Below, piece after piece: positions 9,107 through 19,080 of a stretch of 64,000 nt of DNA. Numbering within the stretch: position 1 is the first letter of the stretch; the number at the start of each line of letters is the position of its first letter. This DNA comes from an uncultured Candidatus Rokubacteria bacterium (GTDB lineage Bacteria; Methylomirabilota; Methylomirabilia; Rokubacteriales; CSP1-6), in NCBI GenBank assembly GCA_963771355.1, contig CAVYTA010000006.1:2368001-2432000 (forward strand). Direction: 5' to 3'. The notes beneath the pieces were generated by a model. It was not told the origin of the DNA, made no database searches, and saw nothing but the letters and a program-made list of their open reading frames with translations. Made by a program: the position numbers and the translations under genes.

Positions 9107-10081
9107 TCAGGCATACCGGATCCGGGGATCCAGGAACGTGTAGGTCAGGTCCACGGCGAGGTTCATGATGACGAAGGCGAGCGCCGTCAGCAGGGCGAAG
9201 CCCTGCACCTGCTGGTAGTCGCGGGCGATGATGGCGTCGATGCCGAAGGTGCCCAGCCCCGGCATGGCGAAGAGCGTCTCCACGACGATGGCGCCCCCGA
9301 TGAGGAAGCCGATCTGGAGCCCCATCACCGTCACGGTGGGGATGAGGGCGTTCTTCAGCGCGTGCTTGAACACCACCGGCCGCTCGGAGAGGCCCTTGGC
9401 GCGCGCGGTGGTGACGTACTCGGTGCGGATGACCTCCAGCATGCTGGCGCGGAGGAGACGCGTGAGGATGGCGGCCCGCCCCACCCCCAGCGCGATGGCG
9501 GGCATCAGGACGTGCTGCGCGTTGCCCCAGAGGCTCGCCCCGCACACGACGGTAGGGCAGGTCCCGGGGAGGTAAATCCAGCCGGAGCTGGGGAGGAAGC
9601 CTCCGAGTCCGATGGAGAAGACGAGGAGGAGGAGGACCCCGATGAAGAACTCGGGGATGGAGACACCGATCATGGCCACCGAGGTCGCCGCGTAGTCGGC
9701 CCAGGTATTCTGGCGCAGGGCGCCGATGATGGCGGCGGGGACGGCGATGATCAGGGCCACCGCCATGGACAGCACGATGAGCTCGAGGGTCACCGGCAGG
9801 CGGATGAGCACGTCCTGGAGGACGGGACGCCCGGTGAGGATCGAGACGCCCCAGTCGCCCTGCACGAGCTTGCCGAGCCAGATCCCGTACTGGACCACGA
9901 TCGGCCTGTTCAGCCCGTACTCCTCCCGCGCCTTGACCGCGTCCTCCTCGGTGTAGGCGTCGCCGAGGAGCGCCACGACGGGATCGCCGGGAACCGACCG
10001 CATCATCACGAACACCACGAAAGTGATCATGAGGACCGTGGGCACGATCTGGAGCAGCCGTCTCAGGATGTAGGTCCGCAT
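9107..10081 (-). CDS. Peptide/nickel ABC transporter permease (DppB-like)
   Basis: PGDP, EYVTTARAKGL, HALKNALIP, VETLFAMPGLG, LDPRI. Confidence 0.95.
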   Translation of the reverse strand: MRTYILRRLLQIVPTVLMITFVVFVMMRSVPGDPVVALLGDAYTEEDAVKAREEYGLNRPIVVQYGIWLGKLVQGDWGVSILTGRPVLQDVLIRLPVTLELIVLSMAVALIIAVPAAIIGALRQNTWADYAATSVAMIGVSIPEFFIGVLLLLVFSIGLGGFLPSSGWIYLPGTCPTVVCGASLWGNAQHVLMPAIALGVGRAAILTRLLRASMLEVIRTEYVTTARAKGLSERPVVFKHALKNALIPTVTVMGLQIGFLIGGAIVVETLFAMPGLGTFGIDAIIARDYQQVQGFALLTALAFVIMNLAVDLTYTFLDPRIRYA

Positions 10082-10108
10082 GTGATGCCGCGCCGGCGCC
10101 CGCTCCCC

Positions 10109-11726
10109 TTACTTGTCCAGCCAGACCTTGTCGTAGTGGACTTCGAACTCCGCGTTGTACGTGTACCCCTTCATCCACGGCTGCGCGACCATGTAGAAGG
10201 GCGAGCCCGAGATATCGTTCCAGTACATGTTCTCCACCAAGAACTCCTGGAATCTCCTTCGCGAGGGCCTTGCGCTTCGGCACGTCCATCTCGCTCGCGT
10301 AGCGAGCGTAGTAGCTCGTCCACCCGCTTGTCGTTGTGGCGCGGATGGCTCCAGGTCGACTGTGCATGTTGGAGAGATAGCCATTGCTGTCGAGCGTGAT
10401 CAGGGACAGGAGATCCTCGACGTACATGTCCCACGGGCCGTCCTGGAGGGTGGTGTTCATCCAGGAGACCTTGTCCACGAGGCGGATGTTCGCGGTGACG
10501 CCGATGCGGGTCATCTGCTCCTTGATGACGGTGGCGATGACGTTGAACACGCTCTTCTCGGTGTCGGCCATCAGCTCGAAGGTCAGGGGCTTCGCGGGGC
10601 CGTAGCCGGCTTCGGCGAGCAGCGCCTTCGCCTTGGCCTGATCGTACGGGCACATGCTGTTGACGTCCACCGTGTCCAGCGTGCCGGGCGGGTCCATCCC
10701 CACCCAGGGCGTCGCCTTGCCCTTGAAGGCGATCTTCACGATCTCCTGCCGATCGATGCCGTAGCAGCCGATCGCCTTGCGCACCCGGAGATCGCCGAAG
10801 ATCGGGTGCGGGGCCCGCTCCTTGGACATGGGCTTGCCGTCCTTGGGGATGGTCACCTTCATCGCCGCCAGCATCGGCGTCGTTTCCTTGCCCGTCAAGA
10901 TCTGACGGCGTTCGGGATCTGCGCCTTCAAGGTGTCCACGTGCTCCGGCGAGAACGAGGCGATGAAGTCGATCTCCCCGGCCTTGAAGGCCGCCATCTCG
11001 GTGACGGGGTCCTTGATCACGCGGATGACGACCTGGTCGAGGTACGGCAGGCCCGGCACGAAGTACTTGTCGAAGCGGTCCATCACGAGCTGGCTTCCCT
11101 TCACCCACTCGACGAACTTGAACGGGCCGCATCCCACGATCGAGCCCGGCTTCCCCTGCTTGCGGTCCTCCAGGGTGAACTTCTGGGTAGCGGTCGGGGA
11201 GTAGAAGGACCAGTCCGGTGCGGTAGGCGGCGAGCATGTGGAGCAAGAAGCCGTAGGGCTGCTTGAGGCGGATCTGCACGGAGAGGGGATCGAGCACCTC
11301 GACGCTGTGGATCGACTCGTAGAAGGTCCGCATGCCCGACTTGGTGGCGGGGTCCATCAGGCGGTCGATGCTGAACTTGACGGCGGCGGCGTCCACCGGG
11401 GTGCCGTCGTGGAAGAGGACGTTCTTCCTGAGCTTGAAGTTGTAGAGCAGGCCGTCGGACGTCATGGTCCACGACTCCGCGGCATCGCCCACGAACTTCC
11501 CGTCGGGCGTGATGTTGACCAGCCCGCACCCGACGTTCATGGCCACCCACATCATTTCGTAGCCGGGCGCGGTGTGGAAATCGAGGTGGGCGATCTCGTT
11601 CCCGTAGGAGACGCGAAGGGTGCCGCCGCGTTTGGGCGCCTGCGCGTCGGCGGGGGCCGGCAGCGCGATGATCCAGGCCAGGACGAGCGGGACGAGGAGA
11701 CGAATCCAAAGGGACCATGGACGCAT
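10109..11726 (-). CDS. ABC transporter substrate-binding protein family 5 (several frameshifts)
   Basis: AGGGAGGA SD; signal peptide; PKRGGTL, FHDGTP, GCGPFKF, YLDQV, VRKAI. Pieces split over frames at ~11200, ~10905 and ~10250-10370. Confidence 0.88.
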
Positions 11727-11761
11727 AGTGTCCTCCCTGCTGAGCGATGGTGCCTCGAGAT

Positions 11762-11786
11762 CGGACCTAGCGAGCGGACCTAGCGA
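11762..11786. repeat. Short tandem duplication CGGACCTAGCGA x2 (13-bp period)
   Basis: Read directly at 11762-11773 and 11775-11786, in the leader of the SBP gene. Confidence 0.8.
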
Positions 11787-11918
11787 AGGGACCGGCGATT
11801 TCGGGGAACTGTACACCAGTCCCGTCGTGTCAACAAGAGACCGCCGGGGGACCGGGGCGACGGGAGCGCTTGCGGGAGCGGGCCCCCTCCCGTAGTGTGA
11901 CCCCAAGGAGACACGCAC

Positions 11919-12707
11919 ATGCCGATGTACTCCCACTCGCGGCTGTCCGTCTACGAGACCTGCCCGCGTCAGTACCGATTCCGATACGTGGAGCGGGTGA
12001 AGGTCCCGGAGCTGGAGACGGTCGAGATGTTCCTGGGCAGCCGGGTGCATGAGACGCTCGAGGCCCTCTACCGGCGCGTCAAGGCGGGCGTCCTTCCCAC
12101 CCTCGACGACCTGCTGGCGGACTACCGCGCGCGCTGGCTCGCGGAGTGGACGGGCGCCATCCGCATCAGCAAGCCCGAGCGCACCGCCGATGACTATCTG
12201 GCGCTGGGGGTCCGGCACCTCGCGACCTATCACGCGCGCTACCAGCCCTTCGACCAGGAACGCACGCTGGATCTCGAGCGACGCATCGCCTTCCCCCTCG
12301 ACGAGACGCGGAGGATCTGGCTCCGGGGCTATATCGACCGCCTGTCGATCACGCGGGACCGGACCTGGCAGATCCGCGACTACAAGAGCGGGCAGTGGCT
12401 TCCCCGCCAGGCGGACGTGGACGCGGACCGGCAGCTCGCGCTGTACCAGATCGGGGTGCAGCGGCGGTTCCCGAAGCGGGCGCGGGATGTGGAGCTGGTG
12501 TGGCACTACCTCGCGCACGACGTCGAGCTGCGCTCGCGGCGCGAGCCGGCGGCGCTCCGCGCGCTCGAAGGGGAGACGCTCGGTCTCATCGACACCATCC
12601 AGGCCGACAAGACGTGGAAGATCGTGGAGGGGCCGCACTGCCGGCGCTGCGCGTACCAGGCGCTCTGTCCCGCCTGGTCGGCGCAGCTCGAGCTGCCGGG
12701 GATCTAG
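11919..12707 (+). CDS. PD-(D/E)XK nuclease, RecB/AddB/Cas4-like with a 4-Cys Fe-S motif
   Basis: SHSRL..ETCP, GSRVHE, LRGYIDRL, IRDYKSG, QLALY, C-terminal CRRCAYQALC; AAGGAG SD. Confidence 0.9.
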   Translation: MPMYSHSRLSVYETCPRQYRFRYVERVKVPELETVEMFLGSRVHETLEALYRRVKAGVLPTLDDLLADYRARWLAEWTGAIRISKPERTADDYLALGVRHLATYHARYQPFDQERTLDLERRIAFPLDETRRIWLRGYIDRLSITRDRTWQIRDYKSGQWLPRQADVDADRQLALYQIGVQRRFPKRARDVELVWHYLAHDVELRSRREPAALRALEGETLGLIDTIQADKTWKIVEGPHCRRCAYQALCPAWSAQLELPGI

Positions 12708-14101
12708 CCCAGCAGGCGCTCCGCCGCCTCTTCGCCGGAGTGGACGCAGTCGGCGATCCCGACTCCGCGATACGCCCCGCCCGCCAGCGCGAGGGCGGGG
12801 AGCCGCCGCGCCGCCGCCTCGATGGCCTCCACGCGGGCCAGATGGCCCACCTGGTACTGCGGCATCGCCTTCACGTAGCGGCTCACCCGCGTGAAGAGGG
12901 GCTCGCCCGCCGCGCCGAGCAGGGTCGCCAGCTCGCCGCGGGCCGCCGCCACCAGCGCCGCGTCGTCGGCCGCCGCCGCCGCCTCGTTGAGCGCGCCGCC
13001 GACGAAGACGCGCAGCAGGACGTGGCCCTCGGGAGCGCGGCCGGGGTACTTCACGCTCGAGAACGTGCCGGCGATCACGGGCCGGCGCTCCACCTGGGGG
13101 ACCACGAAGCCGAAGCCGTCGAGCGGGTGTCGGATGGCGTCGCGGCGATAGGCCAGGGTGACCGTCGCGGACGAGGCATAGGGAATGTCCTCGAGGAGGT
13201 GGCCGAGCGCGGGATCGGCATGGCGCAGCAAGCGCGCAGCCTGGTACGCCTCGGTGGCGAGGATGACCCCGTCCGCATCGACCGTGGTCCCGGCCGCGGT
13301 GGCGACGCGCCAGCCGGCGCCTCGCCGCTCCAGGGCGGTGACGGGCTCCTTGAGCCGCACCGCACCCGGCGGGAGACGGCGGGCGAGGGCGAGCACCAGC
13401 TCCTCCATGCCATCCTCGAAGGTGACGAAGAGGGACCAGCGCGCCCCGCTGGCTTCCGCGGCCGGCGCGGGCGCCCGGCGCGCGGCGCGGCGCAGGGCGA
13501 GGATCACGCTGCGGTGCTCCCGCTCCATCTCGAGGAAACGCGGCATGGTGGCCGCGAGCGAGAGCGAGTCGGGATCCGCGGTATAGATGCCGCCGATGAG
13601 CGGCTGCGCCACGCGCTCCAGCGCCTCGCGGCCCAGGCGTCGGCGCACGAAGGCGCCCAGGCTCTCGTCGGAGTTTCCCCCGCGCGGCAGGACGAGATCC
13701 ATGGCCATCCGGAGCTTGCCGCCCCAGGAGAAGAGCGACGAGCGGAGCAGGGAAGCCAGCCGGGTGGGGGCCAGGAGCTGGAAGCCGTCGGGCAGCGGAT
13801 GGAGGCGGCCGCCGAAGGCCACGAAGGCGGTGCGGAAGCGATCGTCGGTGCGGACGAGGCGGTCCTCGAGGCCGATCCGACGGCAGAGCGCCAGCGCCCA
13901 GGGCTTCTCGGAGATGAAGGAGTCGGGCCCGGATTCCACGAGGAAGCCGTCACGTCGCTCGGTCTGCACGATGCCGCCGAGCCGGTCACCCGCCTCGAGC
14001 AGCGTCAGGGCGATCCCCTGTCCGCGCTCGCGCGCGTGCTCCACCGCCCGATGGGCCGCCGACAGCCCGGCGATGCCGCCGCCGATGACGACGAGTCGCA
14101 T
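12704..14101 (-). CDS. hemY: Protoporphyrinogen/coproporphyrinogen III oxidase (HemY/HemG-type flavoprotein)
   Basis: IGGGIAGL, ESGPDSF, GGIYTAD, GFGFVVP, MPQYQVGH, GVGIADC. Confidence 0.95.
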   Translation of the reverse strand: MRLVVIGGGIAGLSAAHRAVEHARERGQGIALTLLEAGDRLGGIVQTERRDGFLVESGPDSFISEKPWALALCRRIGLEDRLVRTDDRFRTAFVAFGGRLHPLPDGFQLLAPTRLASLLRSSLFSWGGKLRMAMDLVLPRGGNSDESLGAFVRRRLGREALERVAQPLIGGIYTADPDSLSLAATMPRFLEMEREHRSVILALRRAARRAPAPAAEASGARWSLFVTFEDGMEELVLALARRLPPGAVRLKEPVTALERRGAGWRVATAAGTTVDADGVILATEAYQAARLLRHADPALGHLLEDIPYASSATVTLAYRRDAIRHPLDGFGFVVPQVERRPVIAGTFSSVKYPGRAPEGHVLLRVFVGGALNEAAAAADDAALVAAARGELATLLGAAGEPLFTRVSRYVKAMPQYQVGHLARVEAIEAAARRLPALALAGGAYRGVGIADCVHSGEEAAERLLG

Positions 14102-14112
14102 GGGGAGGCCGG

Positions 14113-15147
14113 TCAGCGCGCCGACATCTCGTGGACCATGTCCACGAGGGCCCGCACGTGATCCACCGGCGTCTCCTGATGCACGCCGTGGCCGAGGTTG
14201 AAGATATGACCTGGACGGCGCGCGGCGCCGTCGAGGATGGCGCCGACGGCGCGGCGGATCTCCGGCACCGGCGCCAGCAGAATGGCGGGATCGAGATTGC
14301 CCTGTACCGCCACCTCGACCCCCAGTCGATCCCAGGTCGGACCCAGCTCCACACGCCAGTCGAGGCCGATGACATCCCCGCCCGCATCCTTCATCAGCTC
14401 CAGCAGGGTCGCGGTGCCGGTGCCGAAGTGGATGGTGGGCACCCCGGGCGTCAGCCGGCTCAGCACCGCGCGGCTATGCGGCAGCACGAACTCGCGATAG
14501 TCCGCGGGCGACAGGGTGCCCACCCAGGAGTCGAAGAGCTGGACGGCCTGGGCGCCGGCGTCGATCTGCCCGTTGAGATACTCCGCGGTGATGCCGGCGA
14601 GCCGCGCCATCAGCGCATGCCACGCCGCGGGCTCCGCGCGCATGAAGCGCTTGGTCTGGAGGAACTCGCGCGAGGCGCCGCCCTCGATCAGGTACGAGGC
14701 CAGGGTGAAGGGCGCGCCCGCGAACCCGACCAGCGGCACGCGGTCGGCCAGCGCCTTGCAGACGAGACGTACCGTCTCGAAGACGAAGCCCACCGATGAC
14801 GGAACGTCCACGGGGGCGAGACGCGACACGTCTTCCGCGCTCCGCACCGGCCGCGCGATGCGGGGGCCTTCTCCCCGGGTGAACTCGAGCCCGACGCCCA
14901 GCGGCTCCAGCACCAGCAGGATGTCGGCGAAGAGAATCGCTGCATCCACGCCCAGGCGCTCGATGGGCTGCAGCGTCACCTCGGTGGCGGCGGCGGGCGT
15001 CTTGCACAGCGTGAGGAAATCGTGCTTCGCCCGCAGCGCGCGGTACTCGGGGAGGTAGCGCCCCGCCTGGCGCATGAGCCAGATGGGCGTGAACGCGGTC
15101 TTCTCGCGTCGGCAGGCGCGGAGGAAGGGTGCTTCGGCGTTCGTCAT
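14113..15147 (-). CDS. hemE: Uroporphyrinogen decarboxylase
   Basis: PIWLMRQAGRYLPEY, AAILFADIL, GAPFTLASY, QGNLDP, IFNLGHG. Confidence 0.97.
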   Translation of the reverse strand: MTNAEAPFLRACRREKTAFTPIWLMRQAGRYLPEYRALRAKHDFLTLCKTPAAATEVTLQPIERLGVDAAILFADILLVLEPLGVGLEFTRGEGPRIARPVRSAEDVSRLAPVDVPSSVGFVFETVRLVCKALADRVPLVGFAGAPFTLASYLIEGGASREFLQTKRFMRAEPAAWHALMARLAGITAEYLNGQIDAGAQAVQLFDSWVGTLSPADYREFVLPHSRAVLSRLTPGVPTIHFGTGTATLLELMKDAGGDVIGLDWRVELGPTWDRLGVEVAVQGNLDPAILLAPVPEIRRAVGAILDGAARRPGHIFNLGHGVHQETPVDHVRALVDMVHEMSAR

Positions 15148-15224
15148 CGCGAATGCAGCGTAGCGAGCGCCCCTGGCGGAGTCAAGAAAGGGACGGTATC
15201 ATCCCCGCCGAGGAGGATTCCCCC

Positions 15225-16898
15225 ATGCCCTTTCTCTCAGGTAAGCAGGCCTTTCTCCAGATCCTCAAGCAGGAAGGCGTGGAGTGCATGTTCGGCAACC
15301 CGGGCACCACCGAGCTGCCCCTCATGGACGGGCTCGCCCGCGAGCCGGGCATCCGCTATGTCCTGGCGCTTCAGGAGTCGGTGGCCATCGCCATGGCTGA
15401 CGGCTACGCGCATGCCAGCGGCAAGCTCGCCGCGGTCAACGTGCACACCTCCCCCGGGCTGGGCAATGCCATGGGCATGCTCTACGACGCGCGCATGTCC
15501 GGCGCGCCCATGCTCCTGACCGCGGGCCAGCACGATCAGGCGATGAACCTCACCGAGCCCATCCTCTGGTCGGACCTGCCGCCGGTGGCGCGCCCGTACG
15601 TGAAGTGGTCGCACGAGATCACGCGCCTGGAGGACTTGCCCCGCGCGGTGCGCCGCGCCGTCAAGACCGCGCACGCGCATCCGAGCGGGCCCGTCTTCGT
15701 CTCGCTGCCGGTGGACGTGCTCAATGCCGAGCGCGAGCTGGATCTCCTCGCGTCGACCCGGATCGCGCCCCGGATCCGCGGCGACGCCGGGGCCATCGAG
15801 GCCGCCGCCGACCTCCTCGCGCGTGCCAAGCGGCCCGTGATCGTGGCCGGCGATGCCATTACCCAGGGCGACGCGCTCAAGGAGATGGCGGAGGTGGCCG
15901 AGCTCCTGGGCGCGCCCGTGTACGGCGAATGCGTGCCCTCCACCTGCGCCTTCCCCTTCACGCATCCGCTCTACGCGGGGCCGTTCCCGCGGCTGGGTCC
16001 GCCCATCCGCAACATGCTGATGGGCCACGACCTTCTCTTCTCGGTGGGCGGTGATCTCTTCACGCTCTCGCTGCCGTCGGACGTGGAGCCCATGCCGGAG
16101 GGGATGACGGTGGTGCACATGGACACGGATCCCTGGCAGCTCGGCAAGAACTATCCCGCCCAGGTCGCCATCCTGGGCGATCCCAAGGCGACGCTGCCCG
16201 ATCTCGCCGAGGCCCTGCGCAAGCGGCTGGGAACGGGCGGGGTGAAGGAGCGCGCGGCGAAGATCGCCGAGCTGTCGGCCGCCCACGCGTCGGCGACCGA
16301 GAAGCTCCGGACCAAGGCGCGGGCGGAGGCACAGTCCTCGCCGATCTCGCCGCTCGCGCTCGTGGGCGCGGTGGCGGACGCGGTGCCGGACGACGCCATC
16401 ATCGTGGACGAGTCCATCTCGTCCAGCCACGGCGTGCGCAACCTGTTCCGCGCCCAGGATCACCGCAGCTTCTACGGGCTGCGCGGCGGCGGCATCGGCT
16501 GGGGGCTCCCGGCCACCCTGGGCGTCAAGCTCGCCCAGCCGGGACGCCCGGTGGTGGGGCTGATCGGCGACGGCAGCGCCATGTACACCATCCAGGCGCT
16601 CTGGACGGCGGCCCACGACGCCATCCCGTGCGTCTACGTCATCTTCAACAACGCCTCCTACCGCATCCTCAAGCAGCGAACGCTGGCGCTCAAGGGCTTC
16701 TCCGCCGAGGACGACCAGTACGTGGGCATGGACCTCGTCAACCCGCGCATCGACTATGTCGGTATGGCCAAGGCGCTGGGCGTGCCGGGGGAGCTGGTGG
16801 AAAAGGGCGTGGACGTCGGCGCCGCGGTGAAGCGCGGCCTCGCCTCCGGCGGTCCGTACCTGGTGGACGTCCATATCGACGGCGCCTTCAAGAACTGA
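15225..16898 (+). CDS. ThDP-dependent decarboxylase (benzoylformate decarboxylase-like)
   Basis: AGGAGG SD; FGNPGTTELP, MADGYA, GLGNAMG, GDGSAMY...FNN ThDP motif. Confidence 0.9.
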   Translation: MPFLSGKQAFLQILKQEGVECMFGNPGTTELPLMDGLAREPGIRYVLALQESVAIAMADGYAHASGKLAAVNVHTSPGLGNAMGMLYDARMSGAPMLLTAGQHDQAMNLTEPILWSDLPPVARPYVKWSHEITRLEDLPRAVRRAVKTAHAHPSGPVFVSLPVDVLNAERELDLLASTRIAPRIRGDAGAIEAAADLLARAKRPVIVAGDAITQGDALKEMAEVAELLGAPVYGECVPSTCAFPFTHPLYAGPFPRLGPPIRNMLMGHDLLFSVGGDLFTLSLPSDVEPMPEGMTVVHMDTDPWQLGKNYPAQVAILGDPKATLPDLAEALRKRLGTGGVKERAAKIAELSAAHASATEKLRTKARAEAQSSPISPLALVGAVADAVPDDAIIVDESISSSHGVRNLFRAQDHRSFYGLRGGGIGWGLPATLGVKLAQPGRPVVGLIGDGSAMYTIQALWTAAHDAIPCVYVIFNNASYRILKQRTLALKGFSAEDDQYVGMDLVNPRIDYVGMAKALGVPGELVEKGVDVGAAVKRGLASGGPYLVDVHIDGAFKN

Positions 16899-16901
16899 GC
16901 G

Positions 16902-17669
16902 GTGAGCGGCCGCCTCGCGGGCAAGGTCGCGATCGTGGCCGGGGCGGGCTCGCGCGGGCCCGGCCTCGGCAACGGGAAGGCCGCCGCGATCCTCTTCGCG
17001 CGCGAGGGCGCGTCCGTCCTCTGCGTGGACGCCCAGGTCGAGCGCGCCGAGGAGACGGTGGGAATCATCAAGGGCGAGGGCGGCCGCGCCGCCGCCTTCG
17101 CCGCCGACGTCACGAAGAGCGCCGACTGCCGCGCCATGGTGGCGGCCGCGCGCGAGCAATACGGCGGGCTCCATGTCCTCCACAACAACGTCGGCATCGA
17201 GTCGCGCAAGGACGTGCTCGAGACCACCGAAGACGACTGGGACCGCGTGATGGCGGTGGACCTCAAGTCGATGTTCCTCGCCACCCAGGCCGCCATTCCC
17301 GCCATGGCGGAGGGCAAGGGCGGCTCGATCATCTGCGTCTCGTCCGTCGCCGCTCTGCGCGGCCACGGCCGCACCGCCTACGCCGCCGCCAAGGCCGGTG
17401 TCATCGGCTTCATGCGCAGTGTCGCCGCCCAGGTCGGCCGCCAGGGCATCCGCGTCAACGCCATCGCCCCGGGCATGGTGTGGACGCCCATGGTGGAGAG
17501 CCTCGGCCCCGAGGCGCGCGAGCGTCGGCGCAAGGCGAGCCCCCTCGGCACCGAGGGCACCGGCTGGGACGTGGGCTGGGCCGCCGTCTTCCTCGCCAGC
17601 GACGAGTCGCGCTGGATCACGGGCCAGACCCTCGTCGTCGATGGCGGCGTGACGTTGACCACAAGGTAA
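16902..17669 (+). CDS. Short-chain dehydrogenase/reductase
   Basis: Gly-rich N-terminus, NNVG, YAAAK, IRVNAIAPG, GQTLVVDGG. Confidence 0.93.
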   Translation: MSGRLAGKVAIVAGAGSRGPGLGNGKAAAILFAREGASVLCVDAQVERAEETVGIIKGEGGRAAAFAADVTKSADCRAMVAAAREQYGGLHVLHNNVGIESRKDVLETTEDDWDRVMAVDLKSMFLATQAAIPAMAEGKGGSIICVSSVAALRGHGRTAYAAAKAGVIGFMRSVAAQVGRQGIRVNAIAPGMVWTPMVESLGPEARERRRKASPLGTEGTGWDVGWAAVFLASDESRWITGQTLVVDGGVTLTTR

Positions 17670-17697
17670 GCAGCGCCCGAGAGCAGAGGAGATCAAG

Positions 17698-18639
17698 ATG
17701 GCCATGACCTTCGGCATCCACGTGGGGCACCTCGGCGGGCCCATGGACGAGCTACGCAAGCTCTGGCGCTTCGCCGACGCCGCCGGCTTCGACTGGACCT
17801 CGGTGGCCGACCATTTCCAGGAAAGCCCGCCCCAGGGCGGCGACGGCGATTGCTTCGAGGCCATCGCCTCCTACACCGCCATGGCCATGGAGACCAAGCG
17901 CGTGCGGCTGGGCGCGCTGGTCTTCTGCGTGAACTACCGGAACCCCGGCCTCCTCGCCAAGTCGCTGTGCACCATCGACCACCTCTCGGGTGGGCGCGTG
18001 GAGTGCGGCATCGGGGCGGGCTGGCACGAGGCCGAGTACCGCGGCTTCGGCATCCCCTTCGAGCGCATCGGCGTGCGGGAGGACCAGCTGGAGGAGGCGG
18101 TGCAGATCCTCCGCATGCTGTTCGACCAGAAAGTCTCGAATTTCGACGGCCGGCACTTCAAGCTGGTGGACGCGCGGTGCAATCCCAAGCCGCTCCAGCC
18201 GCGTCTCCGCATCTGGATCGGCGGGCAGGGCGAGAAGCGGACGCTGCGCGCGGCGGCGAAGTACGCCGACGGCTGGAACGCGCCCTACATCGATCCGACC
18301 GTGTGGGCCGCCAAGAACGCCGTCCTCGACGAGTGGTGCGCGAAGGAGGGCCGGGATCCCGCGACCATCCTCCGGAGCGTCAACGTGGGCTTCTATCTGG
18401 GCGCCGACGCCCGGGGCGCGGCGCGGGGGGAGGCGCTCTACCTGAAGCACTGGGGCGCGAACAACCCGCGCGGGGGCTTCTTCCGGGGCACGCCGAAGGA
18501 CGTCATCGCCATGTGCGAGGCCTACCGGGCGGCGGGGGCACACCGGGTGAACATCGCCCTCCGCGAGGGGCCGTACGACTGGGAGGCCCTCCAGGCCTTC
18601 GCGGAGGAGGTGCTGCCGGCCTTCGGCGCCCGCCGGTAA
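17698..18639 (+). CDS. LLM-class (putative F420-dependent) oxidoreductase
   Basis: VADHF, YRNPGLLAK, IDHLSGGR, GAGW, PKPLQ, IWIGGQGEKRTL. Confidence 0.92.
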   Translation: MAMTFGIHVGHLGGPMDELRKLWRFADAAGFDWTSVADHFQESPPQGGDGDCFEAIASYTAMAMETKRVRLGALVFCVNYRNPGLLAKSLCTIDHLSGGRVECGIGAGWHEAEYRGFGIPFERIGVREDQLEEAVQILRMLFDQKVSNFDGRHFKLVDARCNPKPLQPRLRIWIGGQGEKRTLRAAAKYADGWNAPYIDPTVWAAKNAVLDEWCAKEGRDPATILRSVNVGFYLGADARGAARGEALYLKHWGANNPRGGFFRGTPKDVIAMCEAYRAAGAHRVNIALREGPYDWEALQAFAEEVLPAFGARR

Positions 18640-18678
18640 CGACGCTCGCCCAGCGGGTGGCCCCTGAGCGGGCGGGGC

Positions 18679-19080
18679 CTAGCCGGCCGCGCGCGGGGGC
18701 GCGGCGATGAGCTCGCGGACCTTGATCACGAAGTCTTCCAGGTCGAAGGGCTTGGAAATGTAGTCGGCGAGCGCATCGGCCAACGCGCTCGGCGAATAGA
18801 TCTTGCTCGCGTACGCCGACATATAGAGGATGCGCAGGTCGGGCCGCAACCTGGCCAGGCTGCGCCCCAGCTCCTGGCCGCTCATCTCCGGCATCACCAT
18901 GTCGGTGACGACGAGGTCGATGGCGCCGACGTGGCTGGTGGCGATCCGGACTGCCTCCACTCCATTACCCGCCTCGAGCACCGTGTAGCCGAGCCCGGCG
19001 AGAAGCTCGGAGAGGACGGAACGCACGCCCTCCTCGTCCTCGACGAGGAGAATGGTGCCGTGGGCTGGTCCGTCCGTCAC
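18679..19080 (-). CDS. Single-domain response regulator (receiver)
   Basis: AAGGAG SD then GTG 19080; ILLVEDE, VVTDMVMP, YMSAY, ISKPF. Confidence 0.9.
   Translation of the reverse strand: MTDGPAHGTILLVEDEEGVRSVLSELLAGLGYTVLEAGNGVEAVRIATSHVGAIDLVVTDMVMPEMSGQELGRSLARLRPDLRILYMSAYASKIYSPSALADALADYISKPFDLEDFVIKVRELIAAPPRAAG

Noticed and set aside
8043..12638. 1531-aa minus-strand ORF as a giant protein
   Set aside because: A chimera of real SBP segments and off-frame Arg/Gly/Pro-rich text, caused by indels and the scarcity of stop codons at high GC.
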